From the NCBI GenBank assembly GCA_047639375.1, contig JBLINZ010000001.1, positions 1 through 60,645 on the forward strand: a DNA stretch of 60,645 nucleotides, given 5' to 3'. The DNA comes from Mariniblastus sp. (lineage in GTDB: Bacteria; Planctomycetota; Planctomycetia; Pirellulales; Pirellulaceae). Both the position numbers and the translations under genes were made by a program. Shown here piece after piece: positions 1-12,000 of the stretch (within the stretch, counting starts at the first letter, position 1; every line of letters begins with the position of its first letter). The notes under the pieces are model-generated. The model was not told the DNA's origin, did no database searches, and saw only the letters and a list, made by a program, of their open reading frames with translations.

Positions 1-92
1 AATCCAACAGGGTACTTTCGCAGAATCTATTATCCTGCATGGTGTCAAGCAATGCCAGCTCGCCGCGAGGTGCGATGCATTAACCGCAGCGC

Positions 93-119
93 TTCGATCA
101 CTTTCGATCACTTTCAATC
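93..119. repeat. 10-bp tandem repeat (TTCGATCACT x2 plus a degenerate third copy)
   Basis: ttcgatcact ttcgatcact ttcaatc read directly. Confidence 0.7.
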
Positions 120-323
120 CCAGCACGTTGTCAAAAAGTCACAAAAAGACTGCTCAAGGGCAGCCCATGTGGCTTATGCATTCGCCACCAGGCAACACTC
201 AGGACTCCGGGCTCTGTAATGACATCGTGTAATGCGACCCACGGTGAATGAGTGCAGCGGTGATGACCGTAGAGTCTTGACTCAGGCATCATTACGTCAG
301 CGCAAGACGTATCATATTCGTTC

Positions 324-351
324 GGCCGAATCTTGATGCAAGATTCAGGCC
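324..351. terminator. inverted repeat, possible terminator or REP-like hairpin
   Basis: GGCC-GAATCTTG-atg-CAAGATTC-a-GGCC downstream of minus-strand ORFs; no clear U-tract. Confidence 0.3.
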
Positions 352-595
352 AGGCATTCCGAAAATCGGTAATACTTAATACCGCAGGTTACTTGCTCTG
401 TCTCCGGCCCCAAGCCTAGATGGCGACAAGAAATCCGACGCGGGTGACCCAATGTAATCCCCTATTTCGGATTTCCATTCGGCGGAAAGCTTCTTCAGAA
501 TGTCCTGATCGGTCTGATCTTGAACTTCCGAAAATCGTTTTTCATGTTTTTCGTATTCGCTTATTAGTTGTCCGTTGCACATGACATTCGCGACC

Positions 596-1246
596 TCAAA
601 CGTACAGGAAATACACTAATTCTCGGGCGAGGCGAAGAGCTGCCAATAAACCAACCCCAACCCACAAACTCAACTGACGTTTTGAATAGGTGTCAAAGCT
701 CTTTTCTGAGACGGGCAACAATCGCTGAAGCGCCGTTGCGTAACGAGCCCCCATCCAGACAACGACAACTAACGTGATCGCAAGCGAGAAATCTAGCAAT
801 GCAGAAATTCGCACGCGACTCCAATTGTCTGTATTGTACAAATGGCCATAGTCAGTCCAGATCCATAAAAAGCAATACAGTGACGCGAGCACACAGAATA
901 CCGAGACACTCCTGACGATCATCGTGGTAATTTGAATCCGACGGATAGTGTCAAATCCAGTTTCGGTTGCTCCTTGGCGAGGCTGAGCAAAACTTGGCGA
1001 TTCAAAAGGATTGCCAGACCCCGAACCAGGGGCGCCGGGACTGGGCGAAACAAGCTCTGGCGGCTTCGCTTCAGCAGGCACCCCTAATTGCTCAAGAGTC
1101 TCAGCACAATTCTGGGCGTAGCTCGCATGCTCGGAGCCACCACTCGCCACTTGGCGATACAAGCTGAGCGCCTTGTTCCGATCACCAAACTTTTCAGCCT
1201 TGAAGGCTAATGCGAGCAATTCTTCTACGTCATCTGACATGGTCAT
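596..1246 (-). CDS. hypothetical membrane protein (TPR-like N-terminus, NPFESP linker, 3 TM helices)
   Basis: 216-aa ORF; planctomycete-typical NPF/Y-x-SP motif; three hydrophobic segments. Confidence 0.7.
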   Translation of the reverse strand: MTMSDDVEELLALAFKAEKFGDRNKALSLYRQVASGGSEHASYAQNCAETLEQLGVPAEAKPPELVSPSPGAPGSGSGNPFESPSFAQPRQGATETGFDTIRRIQITTMIVRSVSVFCVLASLYCFLWIWTDYGHLYNTDNWSRVRISALLDFSLAITLVVVVWMGARYATALQRLLPVSEKSFDTYSKRQLSLWVGVGLLAALRLARELVYFLYV

Positions 1247-1276
1247 ACTTACTTTGCGGGCAGGTGGTTAGCCTCT

Positions 1277-1459
1277 CTACTTCCCAGCAAGTCTACCAAG
1301 TTTTGAAGTCGAGAGAATGAACGCAATCATCAGGACGATGTTCGCAAGCGAAAACAGCCAACCAATGTCGTGTTGATCCCGGAACACAATTGAACAGACA
1401 AACAGTACGGCGCCGACTACAAGAACTGCAATGCGGTACGGATAGAATGGCAAAACCAA
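1277..1459 (-). CDS. small 2-TM membrane protein, possibly 5'-truncated
   Basis: 60-aa ORF with two hydrophobic helices, co-oriented with its neighbour. Confidence 0.35.
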   Translation of the reverse strand: MVLPFYPYRIAVLVVGAVLFVCSIVFRDQHDIGWLFSLANIVLMIAFILSTSKLGRLAGK

Positions 1460-1746
1460 ACGAAGTTTTCAGCCACAAGAACAGCGGGAGTCAAAAATTG
1501 AATTCAAAACTTTGTCAACATTGACCCTTTTTTAACCGAGAGCATTGGTCAGCCCGAAGCTTTTCCATACCGTCCAAATTTGCCGGATGCGAATTCGGCG
1601 ATTCATAAGGATTTTGCATTTTGGTCAATCGCACGATCCAATTTATTTGCGTCTCGACAACACTCAACAACGACAAAGCCAACTAGACAGTACGCACCTC
1701 GAGTGCGTTAATCAAAGCTGGTGCAAGAATCAAATCGAGCGTGACG

Positions 1747-2262
1747 CTAATTCCAGCTCCACGACTGCGCGATCTCTTCCACCACCGGCCAGATTTCCGT
1801 ATTGGACTTAGAGGCACCCAACAAAAAGCAGAGGTGCTCGCCATGGTGGACTGCAATGCATTCTCGTGGCATCAGCTGTTCATAGTTGGGCGGAATCGAC
1901 ACTCGATACGCTTCAGCTCCATCGATCAAATAGGGCAGCTTAGCAGTCGTCCCGCCAAACTTTTTCGCCAGCGCGTTTGCAGAGTCCTGTACCCTCTCGG
2001 ATAAGGGTTCGCCGACATCAATCGAAATCATATCCTCTACCGTTTTAGGGTCCGTACCTTCACGCGTGAGAATCACTGACGTCAGCCCGCCTGAGCGATT
2101 TGGCAACCAACCGGTGGGAGTAGGAAACGAAGCAATTCCGATATCATTGATCAATTGACCCTCAACTTTTTTGACTTCTAAGGCACCGTTACCTTCCGGC
2201 CCCCCACATCCGATGAAGAGACCAGTCAAAAAAAGCAGCAACAACACAGTCGTGGGCCGCAT
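1747..2262 (-). CDS. hypothetical lipoprotein (PsbP/Mog1-like fold possible)
   Basis: signal peptide with lipobox LFIG-C; 171 aa; AGGA-like RBS upstream. Confidence 0.75.
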   Translation of the reverse strand: MRPTTVLLLLFLTGLFIGCGGPEGNGALEVKKVEGQLINDIGIASFPTPTGWLPNRSGGLTSVILTREGTDPKTVEDMISIDVGEPLSERVQDSANALAKKFGGTTAKLPYLIDGAEAYRVSIPPNYEQLMPRECIAVHHGEHLCFLLGASKSNTEIWPVVEEIAQSWSWN

Positions 2263-2801
2263 TGTATTTCCTTAAGCCAAATTTCGAACTGAGATAACTA
2301 AAAATTGCCCCACAATAATCGCAACTGGATTGAATGAGGCAACCAATAGATCCTGTGTTGAACCCACCCCGAAGTCAATTTGATCCACGTCGCATTCCAG
2401 CCAATCTAATAATGAAATCGAGATAGACCACTCTGGCAATTCGGCGCTACGTTGAATGTGATTTATAGGGCTGAAAGTCAGAGAGCTGCTGATTTCGAAA
2501 ACCAGTGTCCGCTCATCGGACAAAAAAAAACGATGCTGCCCAACGCTTTCGCGTTGTCGACAACATCGGTTTTTACGGGACTCCCTGTTGAACAGGTCGC
2601 CCTTTATCTCGTCATCCGAAAATGTGTGGTGCTAACAACGAGCCGTTGGGCTGTGTGTTGCACTCACGTCTTCTTCTGCCAACCTCTCGGTCAATCCAAT
2701 CAATACAATGGCAAGCAAACGAATAGCTGCACTTGGGCTCTAATTGACAAAAAAAACTAAGTGAGATTGCGTCTTTCTAGCAATCACTAGAAACAGACAA
2801 A

Positions 2802-2915
2802 TCACTCTTTCGTTTTCTTCACTCTTTGAGCTTTTCGTTTTTCTTTTGGACTTAGCTTCGCCTTCTTTTGCTTTTCTTTTCTGCCTTTATCTTTGCTACC
2901 ACCCTTGTCGCCCAT
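2802..2915 (-). CDS. 37-aa Lys-rich small protein MGDKGGSKDKGRKEKQKKAKLSPKEKRKAQRVKKTKE
   Basis: hand-translated ATG..TGA with a GGAG RBS upstream; immediately downstream of the cold-shock gene; below the ORF track cutoff. Confidence 0.65.
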   Translation of the reverse strand: MGDKGGSKDKGRKEKQKKAKLSPKEKRKAQRVKKTKE

Positions 2916-2961
2916 AGTTGCGCTCCGAAAAAATCAGTCTTGAAATGGACTCTGTCGACTC

Positions 2962-3159
2962 TTAGACAACTTGGACGTTCTCGGCGCAAGGACCTTTTTG
3001 ACCCTGTGCTTCGTTGAACTGGACAGTCTGTCCTTCTTGAAGTTCTTCGAAGCTAGTGCCTTCGACGCTGGAAGAGTGAAAGAACAAGTCTTTATCTCGT
3101 CCAACATCAATAAAGCCAAAACCTTTGTCTGTGAGTCGCTTAATCTTACCTTCAGCCAT
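2962..3159 (-). CDS. cspA: cold-shock protein (CSD)
   Basis: MAEGKIKRLTDKGFGFI (RNP1), LFFHSS (RNP2), GQKGPCAENV. Confidence 0.95.
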   Translation of the reverse strand: MAEGKIKRLTDKGFGFIDVGRDKDLFFHSSSVEGTSFEELQEGQTVQFNEAQGQKGPCAENVQVV

Positions 3160-3710
3160 TTTCAATTCCTGTTGAGTGTTGATTGGACTATGCTTGATAC
3201 AGAATGTACAAATCAGCCCAACTAGACGCTAACTTTATCAGATAATGCTGTCATTGTGGGGGCGAAATCAATAAATCCACAAAACAGACACGGATAATTT
3301 GGCGACTTATGCATCTTCAAGTCAGCCAAAACAAGAAGTACTGGGGAAATGCACGAAAATCGGTCGAGAGGATTCCTTTCGAAATAACGCCAAAAACCGT
3401 CTCCACTTCTCAATGGATGGTCAAAACATCGGCCGATTCGCTATTCCTTAAACGCCAATCCTAGTGTCCCAGGGGGGCCCGGCCGCTTACGCATCACGGC
3501 TCACGAAAGCTCGGCACATGGCCCAAAAATGGCAGCCCGATAGTCAAATGGTTTGCCGGCGGTGATTAAATCGACAAGCCGTTATCGCTATCCGATATCT
3601 TCAGGGCCATTCGACAAACTACTGTCGGAGCCGGAGTCGTAGGACTTAAGTAGATCCATCTGCGAATCCCGAACTGTTGCCAGTCGCGCTACATCCAAAT
3701 CGGACATTTA

Positions 3711-3870
3711 TTGATCGAGCGATCCTTACCTGCAAACCTTGGTGATGACCCAACAGGCACCAAAGTCGACCTGGGCCACTTGGATCAGTTCTTGGTGAAT
3801 TCGGCTGTCAATGCACACATTTCGATGCCAGCCGGTGGTGGGTTCAAGATCAGCACAATGGCTGAACCGT
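3711..3870 (+). pseudogene. remnant of a sensor histidine kinase HATPase N-box region
   Basis: TKVDLGHLDQFLVNSAVNAHISMPAGGGFKIST resembles the consensus VKVDPGQLEQVLMNLAVNARDAMPxGGxLxIxT; no H-box or G-boxes in frame. Confidence 0.5.
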
Positions 3871-4174
3871 CGTGGCCCTTGGTCATTTCGATGGAACTCG
3901 AAATCGGCGTCTACTCCGTGTCATTTCAAGTAACTCGTCATCTCCTGAAGTCGCTTCTAGCCACAGCACAGGACTTCCTCGTATTCCACCCATTTGCCCC
4001 AAAGCCAAACGAATCCGAGAATTCGCTAACACATCTCACCATCATATTGTCTTAACTTGATCGCTCATGACAAAGATCGCTTGAGCTTGCACTCCGAATT
4101 GTCGACTAAAAACAGATAGGAATGTGCTGATTGGTGAATCTTTAGCGTTTGCACCGATTATTCTGTTCATTTGA

Positions 4175-5695
4175 ATGAGAAAACTGATGCGATTAAAATT
4201 GTTAGCTTTGTTAGTCCTGTTGCTGTCCTTTCAGTCAAACGTCTTGGGTCAAACCGAGTCGCTGATTTTTGGGAGTGGCACTCGTACTGCGAGTCGGATC
4301 GGGATCCCTTCCATCGGAGAGAATCTCACCGACCTGCAAGATGAATCCGATCAAGATTCGGAGACGTCTGCCTACCTCTCGATTTTCGCCGGGCTTAGCG
4401 CCGGCGAGACTAACGAAGGTACCGAGCCAGCTACGCGGCGACTGCCCGTCGTGGTTGAAGAGATCGTTAAACCTGGGAAGCAAGCCTCGGACGACGAGTT
4501 CAAAAAGCTGCAGTACTACGCGGCCTATGATAAAGGATTCGCAATCCTGCCTTACGACAAAAAAAAGAATCCCACTGATTTACGGATCAACGGTTGGATT
4601 CAATTTCGGCATCACGGCTTCGCCCGTGACGTTACCAGCTGGACCGACAATGCCGGCGTCAACCGCTCCGTTCGCAACCGAAACGCCTTCGACATCGAAC
4701 GCGCACGATTGTCTTTCAAGGGGACTGCGTTAGATGAGCGTTTGACTTACTTCTATCAATTGGATGGAGACACGGATGGCTTGCACGGCGTCGATTTCTT
4801 TGACTATTGGTGGTCCTGGAAGTTCAGTGATCGATTCCGCCTGCAATTTGGCAAGCGTAAAGTGACTGCCGGCCGCCAATGGCTGCTGGGGGCACGGCGC
4901 ACTCGTTTTATTGATCGCCCCATTTCAAACGACTTCTTTCGCCCTGACCGAACGATCGGATTGTTTGGCATCGGAAAAATTGGAGCCAATGGGCATTACG
5001 AAGCGATGATTGGGAATGGCTACCGAACCAGCAATCTTCCCAACAATACCACCGACGATCAATTCACGTTCGCGCTCACTCAATACGTCGATCCCTATGG
5101 TGACTATGGCAGTCAGATCGTTGACTTCGACAATACCTGTGACCCGCTGGTCCGTTTCGGTCATTCCTTCGTGTACTCACCTATCACCTCGGAAGCCTTG
5201 GGCAGTCCACAAACCGAAACCAACTTCCTTCGCCTGACGGATGGCACACGACTGAACCAAGTCGGAGCATTGAGTCCGGGAGTCAGAGTTTCTGGTGTCA
5301 ACGTGTTGTTCTATGGAGTCGACTTCGCGGCCAAATGGCGTGGCTGGAGTATGAATTCCGAGGTCTTCATGCGGTGGCTGAACGACTTAGAAGCAGATGG
5401 TCCGCTTCCCGTCGATAGCCTGATGCAACGTGGCTATTATGTGGAAGGCGGAAAGTTCATCGTACCGCAAAAGCTGGAAGTTAACTTTCGTTATTCGGAA
5501 GTCCGGGGGCTCGTTGGCGGCGGTTCTGAGTATGCGGGCGGATTGAACTGGTACCCACTCGAAAACAGCCACAAGTTTAAGTGTTCGTTCGATGTTACGA
5601 TTCTCGACGGAAGTCCACTCAACAATACCGCATCTGACATTCTGGTCGGCGACAACGGCACACTGTTTCGCACCCAAATTCAAGCTGAGTTCTAA
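4175..5695 (+). CDS. outer-membrane porin (OprO/OprP-like anion-selective family)
   Basis: signal peptide; F(D)IERARL..G motif; beta-strand pattern; C-terminal Phe (QIQAEF). Confidence 0.8.
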   Translation: MRKLMRLKLLALLVLLLSFQSNVLGQTESLIFGSGTRTASRIGIPSIGENLTDLQDESDQDSETSAYLSIFAGLSAGETNEGTEPATRRLPVVVEEIVKPGKQASDDEFKKLQYYAAYDKGFAILPYDKKKNPTDLRINGWIQFRHHGFARDVTSWTDNAGVNRSVRNRNAFDIERARLSFKGTALDERLTYFYQLDGDTDGLHGVDFFDYWWSWKFSDRFRLQFGKRKVTAGRQWLLGARRTRFIDRPISNDFFRPDRTIGLFGIGKIGANGHYEAMIGNGYRTSNLPNNTTDDQFTFALTQYVDPYGDYGSQIVDFDNTCDPLVRFGHSFVYSPITSEALGSPQTETNFLRLTDGTRLNQVGALSPGVRVSGVNVLFYGVDFAAKWRGWSMNSEVFMRWLNDLEADGPLPVDSLMQRGYYVEGGKFIVPQKLEVNFRYSEVRGLVGGGSEYAGGLNWYPLENSHKFKCSFDVTILDGSPLNNTASDILVGDNGTLFRTQIQAEF

Positions 5696-5988
5696 TGCCA
5701 CGCCGGCTAGATTCGCATCTAGCAATTGCCCATCGGAAAACCAACGTTGTCCACTGAAATTCCAAGGCGAACTGCCACACAAAGAACGTGACACCCATAC
5801 AAATCAACGATTGGTTTAGTGAATTCAAAACGCCAAGTGGCACTGGCATGGCTGCCGAAAAAAAGAACGTGGAATTCTCTATCGCAAAAATTCGAGAGCA
5901 TGACGACCAGTAATGAAGCGTTGGAAGCAATAGATAAAGTCGCTTTCGCCGATGAACGATCCGGTCTATCTGCTCAAAAGTCTGATTC

Positions 5989-6163
5989 CTACTTTTTTGA
6001 CTCCAGCGGGATGTCGATGGAATTGCTGTTATTCTAGACTGTGATTTTCATGATCTCGCCCCCGTCGCTGTCTGGAAACGCAAACTTTTTTTTTCTTGTT
6101 ATTACTTTCGGCGCTTTGAACTTTCTTGTCTCCTTGCGCCGACTCGTCGACATTGCCGGGCAT
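5989..6163 (-). pseudogene. possible decayed C-terminal remnant of a DUF1559-associated lipoprotein
   Basis: a frame near the T9 tract reads APKVITRKKKFAFPDSDGGEIMKITV*NNSNSIDIPLESKK*, resembling lipoprotein tails; contains an internal stop. Confidence 0.3.
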
Positions 6164-6855
6164 CAGTGCTTGCTGGAAATACTTATCGCCTTGGTTGAAC
6201 TGCGTTGATTTGGCGCCACTTCACAGCCGAGGCCTGACTCGAGATTAAAGCGTTTCGGGATCAGTTCCTTATCCCCCAACTTCTTCGAGATTCGGATTCG
6301 ATAAAATCCGTATTGCATGGTTGGAACGTTGGGAGCAGCCCTGACAGATTTTTCAATTGCGAGAACCACGACTCCATCACTATCAGACACTCCGGTCGCC
6401 TTCAGGACATTGGTTCCAAGGAACGCGTAGGGTTCCAGCGTAACTTCAGCATCTGCCAAAGGCTTTTTGTCAATCTTCACCCTTAAGCTATGAGAAAGCT
6501 GACCGACACCGGATTCTTGCCACTCATTGATTCGATCCGATATTTCGCCACTGGACAAATAGCCGTCCGTGTCACGGTCGAGTAAATCGAGTTGAATTCC
6601 CGGGGCCTGCTCGAGCTCCTTGGCCGAAAGCTGTTGGTCGCCGTCTTGATCGAACTCGGCAACCGCCGCTTCACCAGCCATGCTGGCGCCAATCGAGGGA
6701 GGTCGAACGCGGTCCGAGCCACTCGAGCACCCCGTGCTCAACAAACAGGACAAACCCATAAAGGCGGCGCATGCCTGCAGTCGCCTGAACTTCAAATCGT
6801 GACGGTCGAATACCCAGGCCATCACGTAAACTTTATTGATGGAGAAGCGACTCAT
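6163..6855 (-). CDS. EF-hand-containing lipoprotein (carboxypeptidase regulatory-like domain) coupled to the DUF1559 gene
   Basis: lipobox LSTG-C; EF-hands [13 protein letters not shown] and [13 protein letters not shown]; IPKRFN..S.L tail; ATGA overlap with the upstream stop. Confidence 0.8.
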   Translation of the reverse strand: MSRFSINKVYVMAWVFDRHDLKFRRLQACAAFMGLSCLLSTGCSSGSDRVRPPSIGASMAGEAAVAEFDQDGDQQLSAKELEQAPGIQLDLLDRDTDGYLSSGEISDRINEWQESGVGQLSHSLRVKIDKKPLADAEVTLEPYAFLGTNVLKATGVSDSDGVVVLAIEKSVRAAPNVPTMQYGFYRIRISKKLGDKELIPKRFNLESGLGCEVAPNQRSSTKAISISSKH

Positions 6856-7853
6856 TTGGGCGTGACCTTCCCGTCTTGCCGATTCGCCATCACGCGCGTC
6901 AATTCTTGACTTACTTGAAACGAAACGTTGTGAACGGATCCATCACAATTAGCCATTTGCACCCCACCTGGATGGGCACTTCCAAAATGCAAGTTCGACG
7001 AAAGGCTGAGACCTCTTGTGTCATGAACAGGAGCAAACCTACCCGATCGATAGAAATCATTATTAAAGCCCGAAGCCCAGTGCTCGTTGTCCGAAGAAGA
7101 CCGACCCGTTTCATAGTCATCAGGATTCATATACTTCTCACCGACAAGATAGGTGTTAGATGTTCCGTCGGAAATCTGCGCAATTCGAACTTCACTATGA
7201 GGAAACGAAATCCCATTGAACCGAGTGCTAAAATCTGGAATCTGAGACTCACTATAATGCGATGAAGGGCCTGGAATATCCACGAAGGGAATGCTTTCGC
7301 CAATATTGATCGCGTAGTCTGTGCGAGCCAGAAAACGTTGGCCCGCAGCCGAGTATGCGACGTTGTGCCCGATAAAACTCCCATCAACAACTTTCGGGTA
7401 CAACACAGCCGCGCGGCGGGAAGGACAATGAAACATCGCAACCGGAGTTGTGACCATCGTCCTGGCACCTTCTCTTTGAGGCCACGTAATGTTGTTCGCG
7501 TCACCATCGGATGCAAGCTGATGGAGGTTCTGCTTTTCAATAAATGGCAGTGAATTGTAGACCCAACCGCCCGGCTGTTCTCGACCAAACCCACGATCAG
7601 CATCGCCGGCCCAGAAATAGCCCCAGCCGCCCGTTGGGAAATGCAAATGAGAAGATTCCATGTTGTGCATGCCAAGTGCAAACTGTCGCACGTTGTTAGC
7701 ACATTGGGTTCGTCGAGCTGCTTCACGAATCGACTGAACGGCAGGCAAAAGCATGCCAATCAGAATCCCGATGATCGCAATGACGACAAGGAGTTCAACC
7801 AAAGTAAACGCGAGACGGGACCTCGAAGTGTCAAAGGCGGGGCTGGAACTCAT
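6852..7853 (-). CDS. DUF1559 prepilin-type N-terminal cleavage/methylation protein (SBP_bac_10, H-X9-DG motif)
   Basis: [40 protein letters not shown]; FHCPS; [18 protein letters not shown]. Confidence 0.95.
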   Translation of the reverse strand: MSSSPAFDTSRSRLAFTLVELLVVIAIIGILIGMLLPAVQSIREAARRTQCANNVRQFALGMHNMESSHLHFPTGGWGYFWAGDADRGFGREQPGGWVYNSLPFIEKQNLHQLASDGDANNITWPQREGARTMVTTPVAMFHCPSRRAAVLYPKVVDGSFIGHNVAYSAAGQRFLARTDYAINIGESIPFVDIPGPSSHYSESQIPDFSTRFNGISFPHSEVRIAQISDGTSNTYLVGEKYMNPDDYETGRSSSDNEHWASGFNNDFYRSGRFAPVHDTRGLSLSSNLHFGSAHPGGVQMANCDGSVHNVSFQVSQELTRVMANRQDGKVTPK

Positions 7854-8220
7854 GAGTCAATTCCGACGGAAAAAAAGTAGTTTTAAAACACAAGCCGATG
7901 GCGAACTTTTCACTAGATCAGCCATCGTATTCGTAGCATAGCGGAAAACCCTCCAACCGACATGAAAAATAATCTACATGTCTCTCACTACGCTGCGTAC
8001 CAAGTCCGCACAAAACATTACCCAAAAATACCAGAATGGATACCTTAAGGATGAATTGCCGATTGAGACTAACAAAACGCTGGGTGTTAAATTTGAAAAA
8101 ATGCCAAATTCGAGGTTTGAGTCCTAACTTCGTTAATTGATGAGTTTATAGTGATGTTTCGTTGTTTAACGAGAGCGCTGACTTTCGCTTTCAGACATTT
8201 AATCTTTTTGAGCAAGCATC

Positions 8221-8955
8221 ATGAAAAAAATCTTTTGTTTATTGGCAGTTGCAGCTTTATTTGCGACCGCCCCCCTCAACGCTGATGTTATCAGCGTCAA
8301 TTTTTCGGAAGCCGCTGACCGTGTTAACCAGACACTCACTCCAGGCACATTTGCAGGAAGCGGATTAGGAGTTGACGCCGGCAACTGGAATAACGTGGCA
8401 TTGCTAAACGGCTCTCAAGGATCATTGAACGACCGCGACGGTGTGGCAACGGGAGTATCGGTCACTTGGGGTTCAGGTGGTATGTGGGGAGACGCTACGG
8501 CAAACGTCGACGCTGACAATGGCATCGGCAACGCAATGATGTTGCGCGGCTATCTCGACGATACTGATGATATCGGTGGTACTTCGGATGGCATTGGCGT
8601 GTCGATTGACCTTAGTGGCATCACTTACGGAACCTACGACATTATCATGTTTGGATCGACTGACACCGCTGGTGGTGGCTACGTTGATGCAACCATTGGT
8701 GGCAACGTCTACTCAACAACGGGTACCAAGGATCTGTACGGTGCCAATCCAAATCTTGATGCCACTCGAACTTGGGTCGCAAGCGGATTATCTGGCAGCT
8801 CACTTTCAATTACATTGGAAACCCGAAACGGCGCTACTCGTGGTTCAGTTGCCGGATTTCAAATCGTAGACACAACAACGGCTGTTCCAGAACCTGGAAC
8901 ACTCGGAATGATTGCAATGGCCGGAATCGCTTGCGTTCTACGCCGCCGCAAATAA
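8221..8955 (+). CDS. PEP-CTERM sorting-domain surface protein
   Basis: signal peptide; C-terminal AVPEPGT + TM helix + RRRK. Confidence 0.95.
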   Translation: MKKIFCLLAVAALFATAPLNADVISVNFSEAADRVNQTLTPGTFAGSGLGVDAGNWNNVALLNGSQGSLNDRDGVATGVSVTWGSGGMWGDATANVDADNGIGNAMMLRGYLDDTDDIGGTSDGIGVSIDLSGITYGTYDIIMFGSTDTAGGGYVDATIGGNVYSTTGTKDLYGANPNLDATRTWVASGLSGSSLSITLETRNGATRGSVAGFQIVDTTTAVPEPGTLGMIAMAGIACVLRRRK

Positions 8956-8981
8956 GTTAGCTCGCTTTAGATTGAATATTG

Positions 8982-9012
8982 AATGCCATCCCATTGGGGT
9001 GGCATTTTTTTT
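8982..9012 (+). terminator. rho-independent terminator
   Basis: AATGCCATCCC-att-GGGGTGGCATT followed by a T-tract, just after the PEP-CTERM stop. Confidence 0.85.
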
Positions 9013-9090
9013 GATTTGACGACTAGCTTTGCTGTGAAAGCAAACGCCGGTCGGGGCCTCAACGGAGAATTGGATTTCAATTCGCCTCCT

Positions 9091-12000
9091 TTAGTCTCCC
9101 TTGATATTCACAGTAATTATTGATTGGTCGTTGAAACTTACGGTGTTTTCTGTCCCATCAGGCCACCGCACGTTAACGAAGCCTTCCGTCGAATTTCCCA
9201 AGCCAAAGACGGTTTGGGGGCTTGATTGAGTCAAATACCCTCCGCCAGCGTGGATCTCCGCGGTTTGACTTTTGGCATTTGTCGTGACTGTGATTCGGGC
9301 CCCGACAGCATTCGGATTCCCAGTCGAGCCTTTCAGGATCACTCTGAGACGCCCGTTGGAGTTTTCGGAGCGGGGCGGGGCACCTGATTGGTTCAGGTAA
9401 CCAACGACGTCTCCGTCGTTGACTCCAAAAATCACGCCATCGCCAGAAGAATCTACTGGCTGCAGCAAGGCCACGCTCATCGCCGCCCCCGACACGACAA
9501 TCCCGCTGTCTGTGGGAGACATCGATTCGAACGATCCGTCGCCAGTCCCCAACAGGACGGCCGACATGCCTCCATCCATTCGACCGGTTTCCGCTTGAGC
9601 AGAGAAAAAGTTTTGAGCCAAAATCAAATCTGCAATGCCATCGCCGTTAATCTCCGTCAATTGGCTGCCAAAACTTGGTGAGATTTGCGCCAGACGTGGA
9701 AGCGGGCGCAACTCAAATTGTCCAGCACCGTTGTTGATCAACGCACACGATTGCAGTGTGTTGGCAGCGAACTCATCTGACTCCTCCAAGCATTTGTTTG
9801 AATAAATCTCGTTCAACGAGGACAGCCCAAATTTGTGATAGGAGTCAAACTTATCTTTCAAGTGCGGCATCGCATTCGACGAGCAGCTTTTCCCACGAAT
9901 TGGAAACAAAGTTGAGTTCTCATACTCTGCTTCTATCAACCGCTTCGCGCCGCTTCCATCGAAGTCGCCATAGTAAATCATGACAGGATTCTTACTGGAG
10001 GCATGGTATTTCGTATTCAAGCCAAAATTCGTCACGACATAGTCCATGTCACCGTCCCCATCGAGATCTCGCCCGGAAATACCGTTCCACCAACCCGTCC
10101 GTAGGCTCAATCCCGCGTCATGAGTTTTTTCAACTAATTTTTTCCCAGCCTGGTTTTCAAAATACCGTACAGGCCCCCATTCGGTCGTCACCAAAAGATC
10201 GACCCAACCATCGTTGTTGGCATCGGACCAAAGGGCGCCGGTGACCATGCCAGCGGCAAGCAGGTCAGTAGCCAGCGATTGGGTCGCGTCGACTAATTTC
10301 CCGTTTTGGTTCTCCAGAATTCGGCTGGGTGGCGCCGTTGGATACTGATTCGGCGTCACTCGCGATCCGACAAATAAATCCAGGTCACCATCTCGATCGA
10401 AGTCAGCGGCACAAACACAGCTTCCACTTTCGGTCAACGCAGGCACCGATCCGTCTGGAGCGGCGCTCAAGTTACCTTGCCCATCATTAAGATACAGCCG
10501 ATCGCGATAATGCTTGGACAGCGATTCTACGCCGCCACTAACGACGTATAAATCGAGATCATCATCTGAATCAACGTCAAACCAGACTGCCCCCATGTCT
10601 TCGCAATATCGGTCGGCAGCAAACGCAGGTAGCTGGCGCGGCTGGAAGTTGCCACTGCCATCATTGACCATCAACTGACCGGCCGTCATTGCGGCACCAC
10701 TGACGAAAAAATCTTCGTCGCCATCGCCGTCGTAATCGGAAACTGCAATTCCGGGCCCGAGTTGCGACAGTTTGTTAGGAAGCAAGGGTTGCGCCGCAAA
10801 ATCATCAAATGGCAATTCCGAGTGCTTGGCCGCTCTTGGGAGCGCCAGAGGTTGGAATTGTCGTGTCTTTGCAATCGCGAGGTCTAGCGACGAATTTGTT
10901 ACCGAACCACTGTTCGGCTCATGCATCTCAATGTTCTGGTTAGCCATCACATTGGAAGCCGATTGTGTTTCGCCGCTGGGCCAGCGGACGGTAACCTTTT
11001 TGACAATTTCCGCATCTCCCAAACCGAAATGAATCACAGGCTCGTTGCCTGAAAGAAATCCAGTTTGGGGCGATAGCATACGAATCTGTTTGCCGGATTC
11101 GGTTTCCAACTCAACGAGAGCGCCAATTCCAATCGCGTTGCTCTGAGTGCCGCGAAGCGTTACCAGCAAGCTATTACCCGAATCTAAATCGTTCCTGTAC
11201 AACGAAGGTGGTTTGTCAAGATTGACGACAATCAAATCCAAATCGCCATCTCTGTCGAGATCTCCATAAGCACAGGAGTAACTCATCGAGACTTCATCGA
11301 GACCCCAATTTGAACTATTGTTTTCGAACATCAAATCGCCCCGGTTTTGAAATACCAGATTTTTTTCTGGATGGCTGGGGTCATCTTCATAAAGCTCCCA
11401 ATTCGTTTTCCCAACTAAGTCTTGGGCTTTTGTCGCTTTGTCCGAATTGTTGAAGTTCCGTGAAATGCCATTGCTGATAAACAAATCGTTGCGAGTATCG
11501 TTATCAAAGTCTGCGATCTTGACCGCCCAACTCCAGTCCGAATCGGCGATTCCCATCATCTCGGCAGCTTCATAGAAACGGTCGGTACCACTATTGAGGA
11601 AACATGAATTTTTCATGATTTGTGGTGGCGGACCTGCGACATGGGCCAATCGTTTGGCATTCATTGCCCCCATGGTTGTTTTTTGTTTGTAGTGGGTCGT
11701 TGCCGACATATCAGCGACAAAAAAGTCGAACAACGCATCATTATTTAGGTCGCCAAAATCAGCACCCATCGAAAACCAACTCGTGTGTGGGAATGCGGAT
11801 TCAAGGACGTCTGAAAACGTTCCGTCTCGGTTATTGAGATAGAGATGGTCAGGGTCATCAAAATCATTTGCCACATAGAGATCTGGCCAGCCGTCTTGAT
11901 TGCAGTCCCACCAGGTGGCCGACAAGCCATGGCCCGGTTGAGTGATGCCGACATCTGCACTGACATCTGTAAATTTGCCCGCCCCGTCATTGCGAAAGAC

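Noticed and set aside
376-582. 68-aa minus-strand ORF as a read-through extension of 596..1246
   Set aside because: It is in a different frame from the TGA at 596-598 and has no recognisable family; left uncalled
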